NCBI GenBank assembly: GCA_950097225.1
Contig: CATNCE010000002.1
Location: forward strand, 5,495-69,494
Reading direction: 5' to 3'
Source: an uncultured Bacilli bacterium
GTDB taxonomy: Bacteria > Bacillota_I > Bacilli_A > RF39 > UBA660
Length of the DNA stretch: 64,000 nt
Part shown: one piece after another, positions 28,551 through 38,204 of the stretch
Layout: every line of letters begins with the position of its first letter
Numbering within the stretch: the first letter of the stretch is position 1
The notes under the pieces: model-generated
Databases searched by the model: none
Seen by the model: the letters and a program-made list of their open reading frames with translations, nothing else
What the model was told of the DNA's origin: nothing
Program-made: the position numbers and the translations under genes

Positions 28551-29105
28551 TTAATTGTTTAACATTAGTTTTAAAGCATCTTTAATCTGTTCCTCAATCG
28601 TCTTTGAATAATCAACATTGGGTAGTACTCGTTTAATGTCTGGTTTTTTATAGCCTAAGCTTTCTAAAACAGCTACCAACTCATCATTTGAGGAAGTAAC
28701 AACGTCTTTACTAGCAGCTAACTTTCCTTTTAAATCTAAGATAATTTGACGAGCTAATTTATCACCAACTTTTGGAAACTTTGTTAAGTATACGATATTT
28801 TCTCGATCTATTGCATCGACGATGCCAGCCACACTTCCAGTTGCAAATAACCCTAATGCAACTTTTGGTCCTAAGCCTTTTACATCAATAAGACGCAAGA
28901 ATAAATTTTTTTCATCTTCAGTTTTAAAGCCATACATACTGGTTTCATATTCATTTTGATGAGTATAGGTATATATTTTATATTCCTCACCAATATTAAA
29001 AGAGTATGGATTAGCAACATAAATATTATATCCTATTCCATGGTTGTCAATGACAATTGTATTTGCGGTAAAAGAGTCGATTTTTCCTATAATGTAGTTA
29101 TACAT
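28551..29105 (-). CDS. ruvA: Holliday junction DNA-binding protein RuvA
   Basis: MYNYIIGKI..., FLRLIDVKGLGPKVAL (HhH). Sits immediately upstream of ruvB. Confidence 0.9.
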   Translation of the reverse strand: MYNYIIGKIDSFTANTIVIDNHGIGYNIYVANPYSFNIGEEYKIYTYTHQNEYETSMYGFKTEDEKNLFLRLIDVKGLGPKVALGLFATGSVAGIVDAIDRENIVYLTKFPKVGDKLARQIILDLKGKLAASKDVVTSSNDELVAVLESLGYKKPDIKRVLPNVDYSKTIEEQIKDALKLMLNN

Positions 29106-29235
29106 ATTTTCACCATCCTAGAACAATTATAGCATACATTTGTTTAAATAAAATATTTTTTTATAAAAATGCTAAAATATGATGTCAAAATTCACTAATG
29201 ATTAATAATATATATTAGATAAAGGAGGTTTTCTT

Positions 29236-29418
29236 ATGTACTATTATGGTTATAACGGAAGTTATGGAATGAATACTAATCCTTGTTGTTCAATGGCTCC
29301 TACTTATGCTGGTTATACAAATGGCGGATATTCATGGGGAGCTGCATTATGGATAGTGTTATTTATTCTTCTAGTTATCATTATTGGTGCTGGCTGGACA
29401 GGATATAATAATGACTAA
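29236..29418 (+). CDS. Tiny Gly/Tyr-rich membrane protein (60 aa), YjcZ-like
   Basis: AGGAGG 7-8 nt upstream of the ATG. A G/Y/N-rich N-terminus is followed by LWIVLFILLVIIIGAGW. Confidence 0.5.
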   Translation: MYYYGYNGSYGMNTNPCCSMAPTYAGYTNGGYSWGAALWIVLFILLVIIIGAGWTGYNND

Positions 29419-29424
29419 TGAAAT

Positions 29425-29449
29425 AAACCACATTTAACAAATGTGGTTT
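29425..29449. terminator. Bidirectional terminator hairpin between the convergent tiny gene and polC
   Basis: AAACCACATTT-AAC-AAATGTGGTTT, a perfect 11-bp stem flanked by A-rich and T-rich runs. Confidence 0.7.
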
Positions 29450-29458
29450 TATTATGTA

Positions 29459-32400
29459 TTAAAATAAGGACATTTGATTTGATTCACTCAAATTGTCTAA
29501 AACGCCAAGAGACTTTAATTTTTCAATAGCTGATGATGGACATTTACCACGTTTTTGCAAGTCCTCTTGAGAAATAAATGGTGCTTGTTGACGGGCTTTT
29601 ACTATTCCATCAGCAACGTTTTCACCTAGACCATCCAAGGCTCTAAAAGGAATAATTAATCCTTTGTTATCTTCAGTTATGACAAATTTGATAGCATCAC
29701 TTTTCTCGATATCAATATTTTTAAAGTATAATCCACGAGCTGTCATCTCTAAACATAAGAGCAATGTCTCTCTTGTATCAATTTCTTTATTGCTTGCTTG
29801 ATTTCCCTTAGCATCTATTTCATCTATTTTATCACGAATAGCATCTTCTCCTCGAACCATAGAGGCAACATCGAATTGGTCACGGCGAATAGACAGGTAT
29901 GCACAATAGTACCAAATAGGATGATGAACTTTAAACCATGCTATACGGAAAGCCGAGGTTACATAAGCAGTAGCATGAGCTTTTGGGAACATGTACTGAA
30001 TCTTGCGACATGATTCGATATACCAACTTGGAACATTGTATTTTTCCATCTCTTCGGCGAAAAGCTTCCATCCTTCTGGGTCTTTAGAAGGTTTCCCTTT
30101 ACGAACAAATTCCATTATTTTAAATGCTCTTCCAGCAGGAAGGCCCATCTGCATTAGGTTAACCATGATATCATCACGACAACCAATGACATTTTTAAAT
30201 GGTACTTCGATAACCCCGTTAGCATTAGGTGTACATAAATCTCTAGCATTACCTAGCCATACATCGGTTCCATGAGATAACCCAGATATTTTAATAAGCT
30301 CGGCGAAAGTTGTTGGTTTAGTTTCTTCAAGCATTCCAAGTAGGAACGATGTCCCAAATTCTGGCACTCCTAGAGTTCCCGTCGGGCAATATTTGCGCCC
30401 TTCACTGTCGGTCAAACCACGAAGACGATAACGATCAACACCAAGAATTTCTGGTCCAGTAAAGATCTTCATGGTATCTAAATCTCCCAAGTCAATTTGC
30501 GTAACATCGATACCTGATAGGTCTTGAAGCATTCTTAAAACGGTTGGATCATCGTGTCCTAGTATGTCGAGTTTTAAAAGGTCAGCATCGATAACGTGGT
30601 AATCAAAGTGAGTAGTTCGCCAAGGAACAGTTGGGTCATCCGCAGGATATTGAAAAGGCGTAAAATCCCAGATATCTTTATAATTAGGAACAACTACGAT
30701 ACCACCTGGGTGTTGTCCAGTTGTACGTTTTACTCCTGTACAGCCAACTGCTAAACGCTCAACCTCAGGAATACGAATACTACTTTTAACTAGTCCTTTT
30801 TTCTTCAACTCATCTTTGCAAGTTACGTCTAAACCTAAAGATGAACACTCAGTCTTCAAATGATTAAACATTCTCTCTTCGAAATAACCTTGAACATATC
30901 CATAAGCTGTTTTATCAGCTACTGTACCAATTGTTCCAGCACGATACACATTGTCGGTACCGAATAACACTTTTGTGTATTCATGAGCACTAGCTTGGTT
31001 ATCCCCTGAGAAATTTAAATCAATATCAGGAACTTTTTCTCCAGCAAAACCTAAGAATGTGGCAAATGGCATGTCGTTTCCTTGATGAATCATAATCGTA
31101 TTACATTTAGGACAGGCTTTTTCGGGTAAATCAAAGCCAGATGGATAATTTTCTGAATAAGGTAACCCACTTTCGTCGTTAAATTCACTATGCTGACATT
31201 TTGGACAGTAGTAGTGAGCTGGCAAGCCATTACATTCGGTGATTCCCATCATGGAAGCTACGAAAGAAGAACCAACAGATCCACGTGATCCAACTAAATA
31301 CCCCTCATCATTAGAGTGCTTAACTAATTTTTGAGCAATCAGATAAATAACGTCGAAGCCTCCACCTATGATACCTGTAAGTTCTGCTTTAGCCTTAGTA
31401 ATGGCATCTTCTTCTTTTAAGGATTCGTCATTGCGCATTAATTGTTCTTTTTTTAAATTAACAACGCCTTCATAACCCGACATAATGATCTCATGTAAGA
31501 ATGATGGGAAAATTTTCTCTTTTTCTTCTTCGCTCATTTCAGGATTTTCAATAGTTATTTTTTCCATAACTAATGAGTTAATTTTATCGCCATAGAATTC
31601 CTGAGCAATACGCTCTTCGATATTAGGTGGAAGTGGATTTCCATACATACTCCATGCGCGCTCAAAAACTAAATCGCGACAAGTTTCTTGAGAATGCTCA
31701 ATGATTGGTGAAAATGGTTTATCGGGAAATATTACAACCTCGATCTCATCAAGCATGTCGATGATCTTATTAGGATTTTCAATAACTATTTCGTGAACTA
31801 AGCGTTCATCTTTAAGCCAAGCAAATTCACTAAGCATTTCATCGGTAGTGCGAAAAAACTGATTAGGAATATGCCCTTCAGCAATTGCATCACTTTTAGT
31901 AAATTTAGATATTAGTGAATATGTACCGTCGGTATAATTAACGGATATTAAATTAGCTATTTGTAATTTGCGTAATGATGCATCAATAGTGTATTTTTTT
32001 TCATTTTCGTCTTTTTTCATCACTTCTTCATTAGCTGATGTCTTATCTATAACATAGATTGAGGCAATATTAGTTGAAGTAATGGGAATGTCTTTGTTAT
32101 TAGATAAAGCATAAACATACTTTAATACTTTTATATCAACATCAGATAGTTCCATGCCATTTTTCTTAGCTTTGGAAATGGCTGATGCTATGTTTTCTTT
32201 ATTTACATTAGTCTTACTTGCACTTGATAGATAACGAGCAAGAGGATGACGTCCTTTGCCAGGAACATTTTGGTTAACAATGATTTCACGATATAAGCGA
32301 TCGGATTCATTGATATTGTGAACATCTCCTGTAGCAATAATTAATTTATCCGCTTTTTTAGCACAACGAATAATTTTTTGAAGACAGTTTTTTAAGTGAT

Positions 32401-35215
32401 CTAAATTATTTATAGAGTGATCACTTATTAAATGAGAATAATTTTCTAGCGGTTGAATCTCGATGTAGTCATAAAATTGCATAGCTTCACATAGTTCTTC
32501 ATCATTACGTGTTTCTGCTAAATAGAATATCTCGCCATTTAAACACGATGAACCAACTAAAATATCCTCACGATATTCCTCGATTAATTTACGAGGTATT
32601 TTAGCGTTCCTCTGAATAAAGTTTGTATTGGCAAAGCTAATAAGTTTGAATAAATTTTTTAATCCTTTGTTCGTTTTAGCAATAAATGTTACATGTTTAA
32701 CAAAGTCATATATGTTGGCCGAGTTTTCGGTAAATGTTTTACCTGGAATATTTTCATACATCTGTAAAAAGTCCTCTTTACACCATGGGAATTTCCAAAC
32801 ATAATTATAATTTTCGTATTTAGCGAAAGGATAAGATGTTCCCTCCTCTGCGACTTCATCCGCTCCTAGTTTGCGAACATAGTTTTTGTAGGTACAATTT
32901 TCGCCCACGTTAGCTAACATCTTAGGGTTGTTGCGATATGCCATCTCCTCAAGGGTTCCTAAATCATTTAGTTGTTTTAAATCTACTATTCCTTCGATTT
33001 GTTTTAACATTTTATTGAAGATGTATCCTGTATTTTCTGAGTCAACGTCAGCTCCATGGTGTTGTCCAACATAAATTGATACGGCTATTGTTTTTACACC
33101 AAACGGAGTATTGTATTTAATTTCACAGCTATTTTCAGCAGCATGTAAGGTAAATTCGAGATTATAGTCAACAAGGTCAAACCCTTCTGCTAATTTAACG
33201 TCAATAGTTGTTTTTTCGGTTTTACTAGCTTTATAGACAGTATTGATGTAATACTCTTTTTTTACTTTATTTACACGTTGTTCAGTAGAAATATCAGCTT
33301 CACTAATTTCTACATCGATAGATCTTATGATTTCTTCCCCATCGACAAGAATGCTTAACACTTCTTTTGCTGTTTCATTATCAAATTTGAACGAACTAGA
33401 AGATATAGTTTGGCCTTCATCATCGTCATCTTCTTCGCCAGTATCGACTCCATAAAACTTACCTAAAGCCTTTAAACTATGCTTTTTTAAATCGCGATTA
33501 ATAATACGTGATAACATTAAGGTATCGACAATTGGATTTTCAAGTTTACCTAAGTTGTACTTGTAATAGGCCATATCGAGCATATTCTTATCGAATCTAG
33601 CATTATGAGCAACTAATGGCATGTTACCTATCCACTCTTTAAAACGCTTCGTAACATTTTCTTCATTATCAGCATCTTTAACGTCATCATCACTGATATT
33701 TGTAACACGCGTAATTTGTTCATCGATATGGTGCCCTGGATTTATTAGTTCATCAAAGCGATCTATCACTTCCCCATCCTTGATTTTTACTGCACCGATT
33801 TCAATCATTGAGTCTCCTAAACCAGGATTAAAGCCGGTTGTTTCGGTATCGAATACGATAAACGTTGTTCCATCTATTTTAGTATCATTAGCATTATAGC
33901 AGACATTTAAGAATGATTCGCACATCTCAAGCTCGACACCGTATGCCGCCTTAAATGGCTTATAGTTTTTCTTTTCATCCTTTAAATCGGCAATATATTT
34001 TTCTAGTTCCGCTATTCCTTCAGCGTCACCTGATTTTTTTACTTCTAAAAGGGCTTCTTCATTTTCAGCAATTTTTGCGTCCAATTCCTTTTTCTTAGAT
34101 TTATTATATTTTGTGACAGTATCAAAGACATGTGAGAATGCTTGACAACAATCATGGTCAGTTATAGCGACCCCCGCATGCCCCCATTCTATAGCTTGAT
34201 TAACCAGTTTTACTTCATCGCATACTCCATCCATTTGACTCATCATGGTATGGGCATGTAATTCAACACGTTTTTCTGGATGCGTATCTTTTCGCTTAAT
34301 TTCTGGATTATCAATGCTCTCATGATTTCTTAGTTGAAATACTAAATCTTTAGCATAATCATCAAAACGAACTTGACCAGTGAAATGAAACCACGATCCT
34401 TTTTTTAAAGTTTTACTAAGACTTATAAATTCCTCTTCATCAGAAGCAAAAGTCTTAGCTAAAATTGAGGAGGTATTATCACTTATCTTTAAAGTCACTA
34501 AAAATAGTGGTGTTCCATCTTTTTTAGTCAATTGATTAAATTCCGCATCAAAGACATATGCTTCAAGATTAACACTGTTTTCTTCTTGAGTAATAGATGA
34601 TATTGGAACAATTCCTTCTCTTTGAAAATCGACTTTTTTGCGTTGTTGCCATTTGGGCTTATCACTTTCGATTGTCATACGGCGAGGAATAACCACTTCC
34701 TCTTTTTCTTTTTCAATGCGCTTTTTGATCTCTTCAACCTCACGAGTATTGATGATAAAAGATACTTCATAACCATGAATTCCTAATTCTTCTAATGTCT
34801 TGGTTATTTTCTTGCATTCCTTTTTTAGAGTTGTCTCCTCGATTTTTGAAGTCACTTCTATGATTATTACCTCATCATCGATTTTTATTTTGTCGACATC
34901 TAGACCAGATAAGCTAGGATTGTTCTCTAAAACTTTATCCAAAAAATATAAAAAATACTCAAGTACAGCATCGCTTTTAATATCTGAATAAGTTAACTCA
35001 ATATTGATCTTCTTAACGTTTTCCACCCCATCAGCACATAGTCTTTTTAAATTAAGTAGTGAAGTTATGTTTATGAGTACATCGGCATTAATTCTTAAAG
35101 TCCAAGTATTTTCCTTTGTATTTACTACCATATCCTTTAAAGTGGCATTTTCAAACGCGATAGCGTCATTATAATTTACTAATTTAAAAAATCTTAAAAG
35201 TTTATCATCCATCAT
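29459..35215 (-). CDS. polC: DNA polymerase III PolC-type, unusually long (~1918 aa)
   Basis: PHP ELHAHTMMSQMDG. Exo I FIVFDTETTGF, Exo II LVAHNARFDKNML, Exo III QHHGADVDSE. Zinc module CPKCQH...CPKC. Also GVKRTTGQHPGGIVVVP and LKLDILGHDDPT. Start chosen at ATG 35215. Confidence 0.95.
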   Translation of the reverse strand: MMDDKLLRFFKLVNYNDAIAFENATLKDMVVNTKENTWTLRINADVLINITSLLNLKRLCADGVENVKKINIELTYSDIKSDAVLEYFLYFLDKVLENNPSLSGLDVDKIKIDDEVIIIEVTSKIEETTLKKECKKITKTLEELGIHGYEVSFIINTREVEEIKKRIEKEKEEVVIPRRMTIESDKPKWQQRKKVDFQREGIVPISSITQEENSVNLEAYVFDAEFNQLTKKDGTPLFLVTLKISDNTSSILAKTFASDEEEFISLSKTLKKGSWFHFTGQVRFDDYAKDLVFQLRNHESIDNPEIKRKDTHPEKRVELHAHTMMSQMDGVCDEVKLVNQAIEWGHAGVAITDHDCCQAFSHVFDTVTKYNKSKKKELDAKIAENEEALLEVKKSGDAEGIAELEKYIADLKDEKKNYKPFKAAYGVELEMCESFLNVCYNANDTKIDGTTFIVFDTETTGFNPGLGDSMIEIGAVKIKDGEVIDRFDELINPGHHIDEQITRVTNISDDDVKDADNEENVTKRFKEWIGNMPLVAHNARFDKNMLDMAYYKYNLGKLENPIVDTLMLSRIINRDLKKHSLKALGKFYGVDTGEEDDDDEGQTISSSSFKFDNETAKEVLSILVDGEEIIRSIDVEISEADISTEQRVNKVKKEYYINTVYKASKTEKTTIDVKLAEGFDLVDYNLEFTLHAAENSCEIKYNTPFGVKTIAVSIYVGQHHGADVDSENTGYIFNKMLKQIEGIVDLKQLNDLGTLEEMAYRNNPKMLANVGENCTYKNYVRKLGADEVAEEGTSYPFAKYENYNYVWKFPWCKEDFLQMYENIPGKTFTENSANIYDFVKHVTFIAKTNKGLKNLFKLISFANTNFIQRNAKIPRKLIEEYREDILVGSSCLNGEIFYLAETRNDEELCEAMQFYDYIEIQPLENYSHLISDHSINNLDHLKNCLQKIIRCAKKADKLIIATGDVHNINESDRLYREIIVNQNVPGKGRHPLARYLSSASKTNVNKENIASAISKAKKNGMELSDVDIKVLKYVYALSNNKDIPITSTNIASIYVIDKTSANEEVMKKDENEKKYTIDASLRKLQIANLISVNYTDGTYSLISKFTKSDAIAEGHIPNQFFRTTDEMLSEFAWLKDERLVHEIVIENPNKIIDMLDEIEVVIFPDKPFSPIIEHSQETCRDLVFERAWSMYGNPLPPNIEERIAQEFYGDKINSLVMEKITIENPEMSEEEKEKIFPSFLHEIIMSGYEGVVNLKKEQLMRNDESLKEEDAITKAKAELTGIIGGGFDVIYLIAQKLVKHSNDEGYLVGSRGSVGSSFVASMMGITECNGLPAHYYCPKCQHSEFNDESGLPYSENYPSGFDLPEKACPKCNTIMIHQGNDMPFATFLGFAGEKVPDIDLNFSGDNQASAHEYTKVLFGTDNVYRAGTIGTVADKTAYGYVQGYFEERMFNHLKTECSSLGLDVTCKDELKKKGLVKSSIRIPEVERLAVGCTGVKRTTGQHPGGIVVVPNYKDIWDFTPFQYPADDPTVPWRTTHFDYHVIDADLLKLDILGHDDPTVLRMLQDLSGIDVTQIDLGDLDTMKIFTGPEILGVDRYRLRGLTDSEGRKYCPTGTLGVPEFGTSFLLGMLEETKPTTFAELIKISGLSHGTDVWLGNARDLCTPNANGVIEVPFKNVIGCRDDIMVNLMQMGLPAGRAFKIMEFVRKGKPSKDPEGWKLFAEEMEKYNVPSWYIESCRKIQYMFPKAHATAYVTSAFRIAWFKVHHPIWYYCAYLSIRRDQFDVASMVRGEDAIRDKIDEIDAKGNQASNKEIDTRETLLLCLEMTARGLYFKNIDIEKSDAIKFVITEDNKGLIIPFRALDGLGENVADGIVKARQQAPFISQEDLQKRGKCPSSAIEKLKSLGVLDNLSESNQMSLF

Positions 35216-35285
35216 GAGCACATCCTATTCTTGTATATAAGTTAATTATACTAAATGAAAGCTTTTTTGAAAATACAAACAAAAG

Positions 35286-35310
35286 AAAAAGTTTAGAAAT
35301 AAATCTAAAC
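35286..35310 (-). terminator. Terminator ~270 nt downstream of the 407-aa gene, upstream of the polC promoter region
   Basis: Minus strand GTTTAGA-TTTATT-TCTAAAC followed by TTTTTCTTTT. Confidence 0.55.
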
Positions 35311-35577
35311 TTTTAAATTCAATGGGTCAAATATAATTTTTCTTGTTGCATAATTCTTTGGTGTCTATTCTTGGTGCTTAAATCTTTGTTGTTTTAGTAC
35401 TTAATTCATATCTTCGTTGAAAAGCATATGTTGTATTGGTGTGTATCTTTGATGTGTACTATATTATCAACCATTTCCCCATTTTCGGGTATTGTACCCT
35501 TAAACACATTATAGTATAAAACTCTTCTTTAAATCAATAGATTTTTTAAAATTTGCTCATTTTTTTGCTAATTATTT

Positions 35578-36801
35578 TTATTCTTTATTTTGAGGAAATT
35601 TTAAAATATTACTTGAACTTTTTAAATTTGGTTTTTGACGAAACGGATGCAAAGAATAATCAATAGCGAAATTTTCAAATATTGCATCCAAGATACGTAG
35701 CTTCAATTCGAATTGATTATTTAAATATGGCCAATTTTTAAATGTTTTAATTACTTCATCTATACTTATCTTGCCTGTTCTATTAACGCTGGCATAAATA
35801 AATACGTTTAGCATAAATGACATTACGACATTGGCATTATAAAATTCGCCATTTATCTCGGTTAATTCACGTTTAAATTTTGTTAGCATAAACGACATCA
35901 CGTCGCGAATGGCAAACAAGTCCCATTCAATGTCATAAATACAGCCATATTCATTATTTTCAGCTTTGGACATAATTTTTAATAAAAATGAATACCAAGA
36001 AATATCATCTAGATTAAATTCACTTAAATGATGTTCTATAGAGGCAGCATCATTTTTCATTTCTTTGATAGCAACCTCAATTGTTTTTTTTTCATCGAAA
36101 TCACGTCCTAAAACTCGATGTGGTTTTTTACTATCTAGTTTATCTTCTCCACTTTTAAATTCTTTAATAATTCTTTTTTTTAAATCATTATTTAAAAATA
36201 TACACCCTGTTATAATCTGTTTTGCTTCTTTTGCACTGAATTTTTCCATACCATTTGCGCCTTTAAATGCTGCGATTTGCTCTAAAATTTTGTCAATGAC
36301 ATCTTCTCTTCTTAGATTAGGGTGTTGCATTTGAATTTCTTCATAATAGTTTTCATTAATCAAAAATAGAAATTGGTTAATATTTATGAGTGTATCACTA
36401 TCGACGTTAGAAAGTACTTCCTTACTTTTTATTTCTTTATAAAAATAGAAAGATCCTTTTTTAATCTTATGATCAATTTCCATTCCCTCTGAAAACATTT
36501 TTACAATATTATTAGCTAGCTGCATATCACAAGCCAAATTATAATCAGATTTTTTCTTGATGTAGTTTACCCCCGCAATAGTAAGTGTCCCAAGAATTGG
36601 AGAGGACACTAAATAGCCAAGCCATAATGGTACTCCAAAAATACTTAAGCTAACTGCCCCTATTGTAGCAGAGGCAAATATGGTTGCTATCTTATTTAAA
36701 TATTCTTCAAATCTAGAATCATCTTCATAAAAGTCAAAATCTTCTAAATCAAATATTTCATCATGCTTTTTATCCTGTTTCTTAAGTTTTGTTTTCTTCA
36801 T
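35578..36801 (-). CDS. Hypothetical membrane protein (407 aa)
   Basis: Acidic N-terminus, then two hydrophobic segments (IFASATIGAVSLSIFGVPLWLGYLVSSPILGTLTIAGV). No family recognised. Confidence 0.45.
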   Translation of the reverse strand: MKKTKLKKQDKKHDEIFDLEDFDFYEDDSRFEEYLNKIATIFASATIGAVSLSIFGVPLWLGYLVSSPILGTLTIAGVNYIKKKSDYNLACDMQLANNIVKMFSEGMEIDHKIKKGSFYFYKEIKSKEVLSNVDSDTLININQFLFLINENYYEEIQMQHPNLRREDVIDKILEQIAAFKGANGMEKFSAKEAKQIITGCIFLNNDLKKRIIKEFKSGEDKLDSKKPHRVLGRDFDEKKTIEVAIKEMKNDAASIEHHLSEFNLDDISWYSFLLKIMSKAENNEYGCIYDIEWDLFAIRDVMSFMLTKFKRELTEINGEFYNANVVMSFMLNVFIYASVNRTGKISIDEVIKTFKNWPYLNNQFELKLRILDAIFENFAIDYSLHPFRQKPNLKSSSNILKFPQNKE

Positions 36802-36855
36802 AATACCCCTCTTTTTATGAAGGATATTTTAGCATATTAGATTGCAATATTCAAC

Positions 36856-38064
36856 TCATCTAACTATGTAAGGATTGGCACCACTACCATCCCCTTCGAT
36901 AATCTCGGCAGTTGAATTAAGAGAAATAGCAGGGCGGACCCCTCTTGAAAAGTCTGTTGTATTAACATATAACTTGTTGGTAGCAGCAACCCATCCCACT
37001 TGAGCATAGCCTCCTGAAAACACCTCTGGAGACATACTCCAATATCCAGATTTAGAAGACAAGTAGTTTTCTTCTCCTACAGCTGAATTTTTGGTTCCTC
37101 CATCAGGATTGTATTCACTTGTATACCCTCCAAATACTATTTCATCCATGGTTAAAAGCCCGATTGGATATGTTAATGCTCCGTTGCCAACTTCTCCACT
37201 TACTGTAAATTTATCATTATTATTTGGACATATTAAACTAGGATTTACATTTTTTGTCCGAAAAGATGATCTTGATACTATTCCATATAACGTAACGTTT
37301 TTCCCAAAGCCAAACTTGTCGGAAGTTGGTTGCCCCCAAGCACTATTAATATTTTCCTTAACAAAACTTCTGTCATTACACCATATAGCATCTTCTAAAA
37401 GGTTCTCCCATTCTTTGCCTTTTATATTTGCGTAATACCATCTGTCTATGACTCCCTTTATTGTTGAGTTATTTGTATTAGTTGTTGTTGCTTCATAAGT
37501 TGCACTTCCTGCTTTTCCATACATGTATCCTACATAGGCATTATCAGTATCTATAGTATTGTATGCAGATTTCCCTATTAATGCAGCATCTCCAGTTTTG
37601 TTACATTCTCCATTTTCTGGAGTACCATTGTATAATAATTTTGTACCTCCTGACTCTGTTGTTCTGACCATTTTCCAACAAAAATTGCCAAATATTATAT
37701 TATTATCTGTGACATTACCACGATAAAAATAAACTTCTGCATCATTCTCTCCTGTCGTTTTATATACTCCCGTTTCCGTATCATCGGCAGGAGTATTAAA
37801 GTTAATCAAAGATATATCTCCTTTGCTTTTAGATTTTATTAATTGAGCAATATTTCCTAAAATTGGCTCAGTCGGCTTAGTACTATTACCATTAACAATT
37901 TCATATAGATCATTTAATGCATCATCTACTGTGTCTATATCCCATGCATTATCGTTTGGACTATATAAAATATCTTTAGCATTACATAAAGTGACTGCTC
38001 CTGCTCCTACTACACTCCCGAAAAACAAACCTATTACTAGTATTATAATATTTCTACTTTTCAT
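36856..38064 (-). CDS. Secreted/surface protein, paralog B (402 aa)
   Basis: Start moved to ATG 38064 (AAAGGAG, 8-nt spacer). N-terminal anchor/signal MKSRNIIILVIGLFFGSVVGAGA. Shares the blocks listed for paralog A, ending in RGVRPAISL...GDGSGANPYIV. Confidence 0.6.
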   Translation of the reverse strand: MKSRNIIILVIGLFFGSVVGAGAVTLCNAKDILYSPNDNAWDIDTVDDALNDLYEIVNGNSTKPTEPILGNIAQLIKSKSKGDISLINFNTPADDTETGVYKTTGENDAEVYFYRGNVTDNNIIFGNFCWKMVRTTESGGTKLLYNGTPENGECNKTGDAALIGKSAYNTIDTDNAYVGYMYGKAGSATYEATTTNTNNSTIKGVIDRWYYANIKGKEWENLLEDAIWCNDRSFVKENINSAWGQPTSDKFGFGKNVTLYGIVSRSSFRTKNVNPSLICPNNNDKFTVSGEVGNGALTYPIGLLTMDEIVFGGYTSEYNPDGGTKNSAVGEENYLSSKSGYWSMSPEVFSGGYAQVGWVAATNKLYVNTTDFSRGVRPAISLNSTAEIIEGDGSGANPYIVR

Positions 38065-38086
38065 AATTACAACTCCTTTCAAGGGG

Positions 38087-38197
38087 GCAGACTACCCTAT
38101 TAGTAATATACCATTTTTTTTTTTTTTTTTAGCAATATATAATCGTTCTGTCAAGGTAATTTCTTTTATTTTTTTGTAAAATTTTACATACAAAAAA
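38087..38197 (-). promoter_or_regulatory. Duplicated 5' regulatory module, copy B
   Basis: Coding strand: palindrome TGTAAAATTTTACA (38175-38188), TTGACA (38149-38154), a 17-nt spacer, T(A)17, TGGTATATT, then AATAGGGTAGTC. Confidence 0.6.
38114..38130 (-). repeat. Homopolymeric tract, 17 T on the plus strand (A17 on the coding strand), in the promoter of paralog B
   Basis: Counted directly as 38114-38130. Confidence 0.9.
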
Positions 38198-38204
38198 GAA
38201 GAAA

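Noticed and set aside
31870-33442. PolC insertions as inteins or homing-endonuclease elements
   Set aside because: There are no Cys/Ser/Thr-plus-His-Asn splice-junction residues at the block boundaries and no LAGLIDADG, HNH or GIY-YIG motifs. The blocks are only ~65-125 aa.
29798-34991. Plus-strand ORFs inside polC (29798-30013, 30003-30275, 33621-33899, 34800-34991)
   Set aside because: They are antisense to a gene with intact catalytic motifs, and are Ser/Leu/Ile-rich artefacts.
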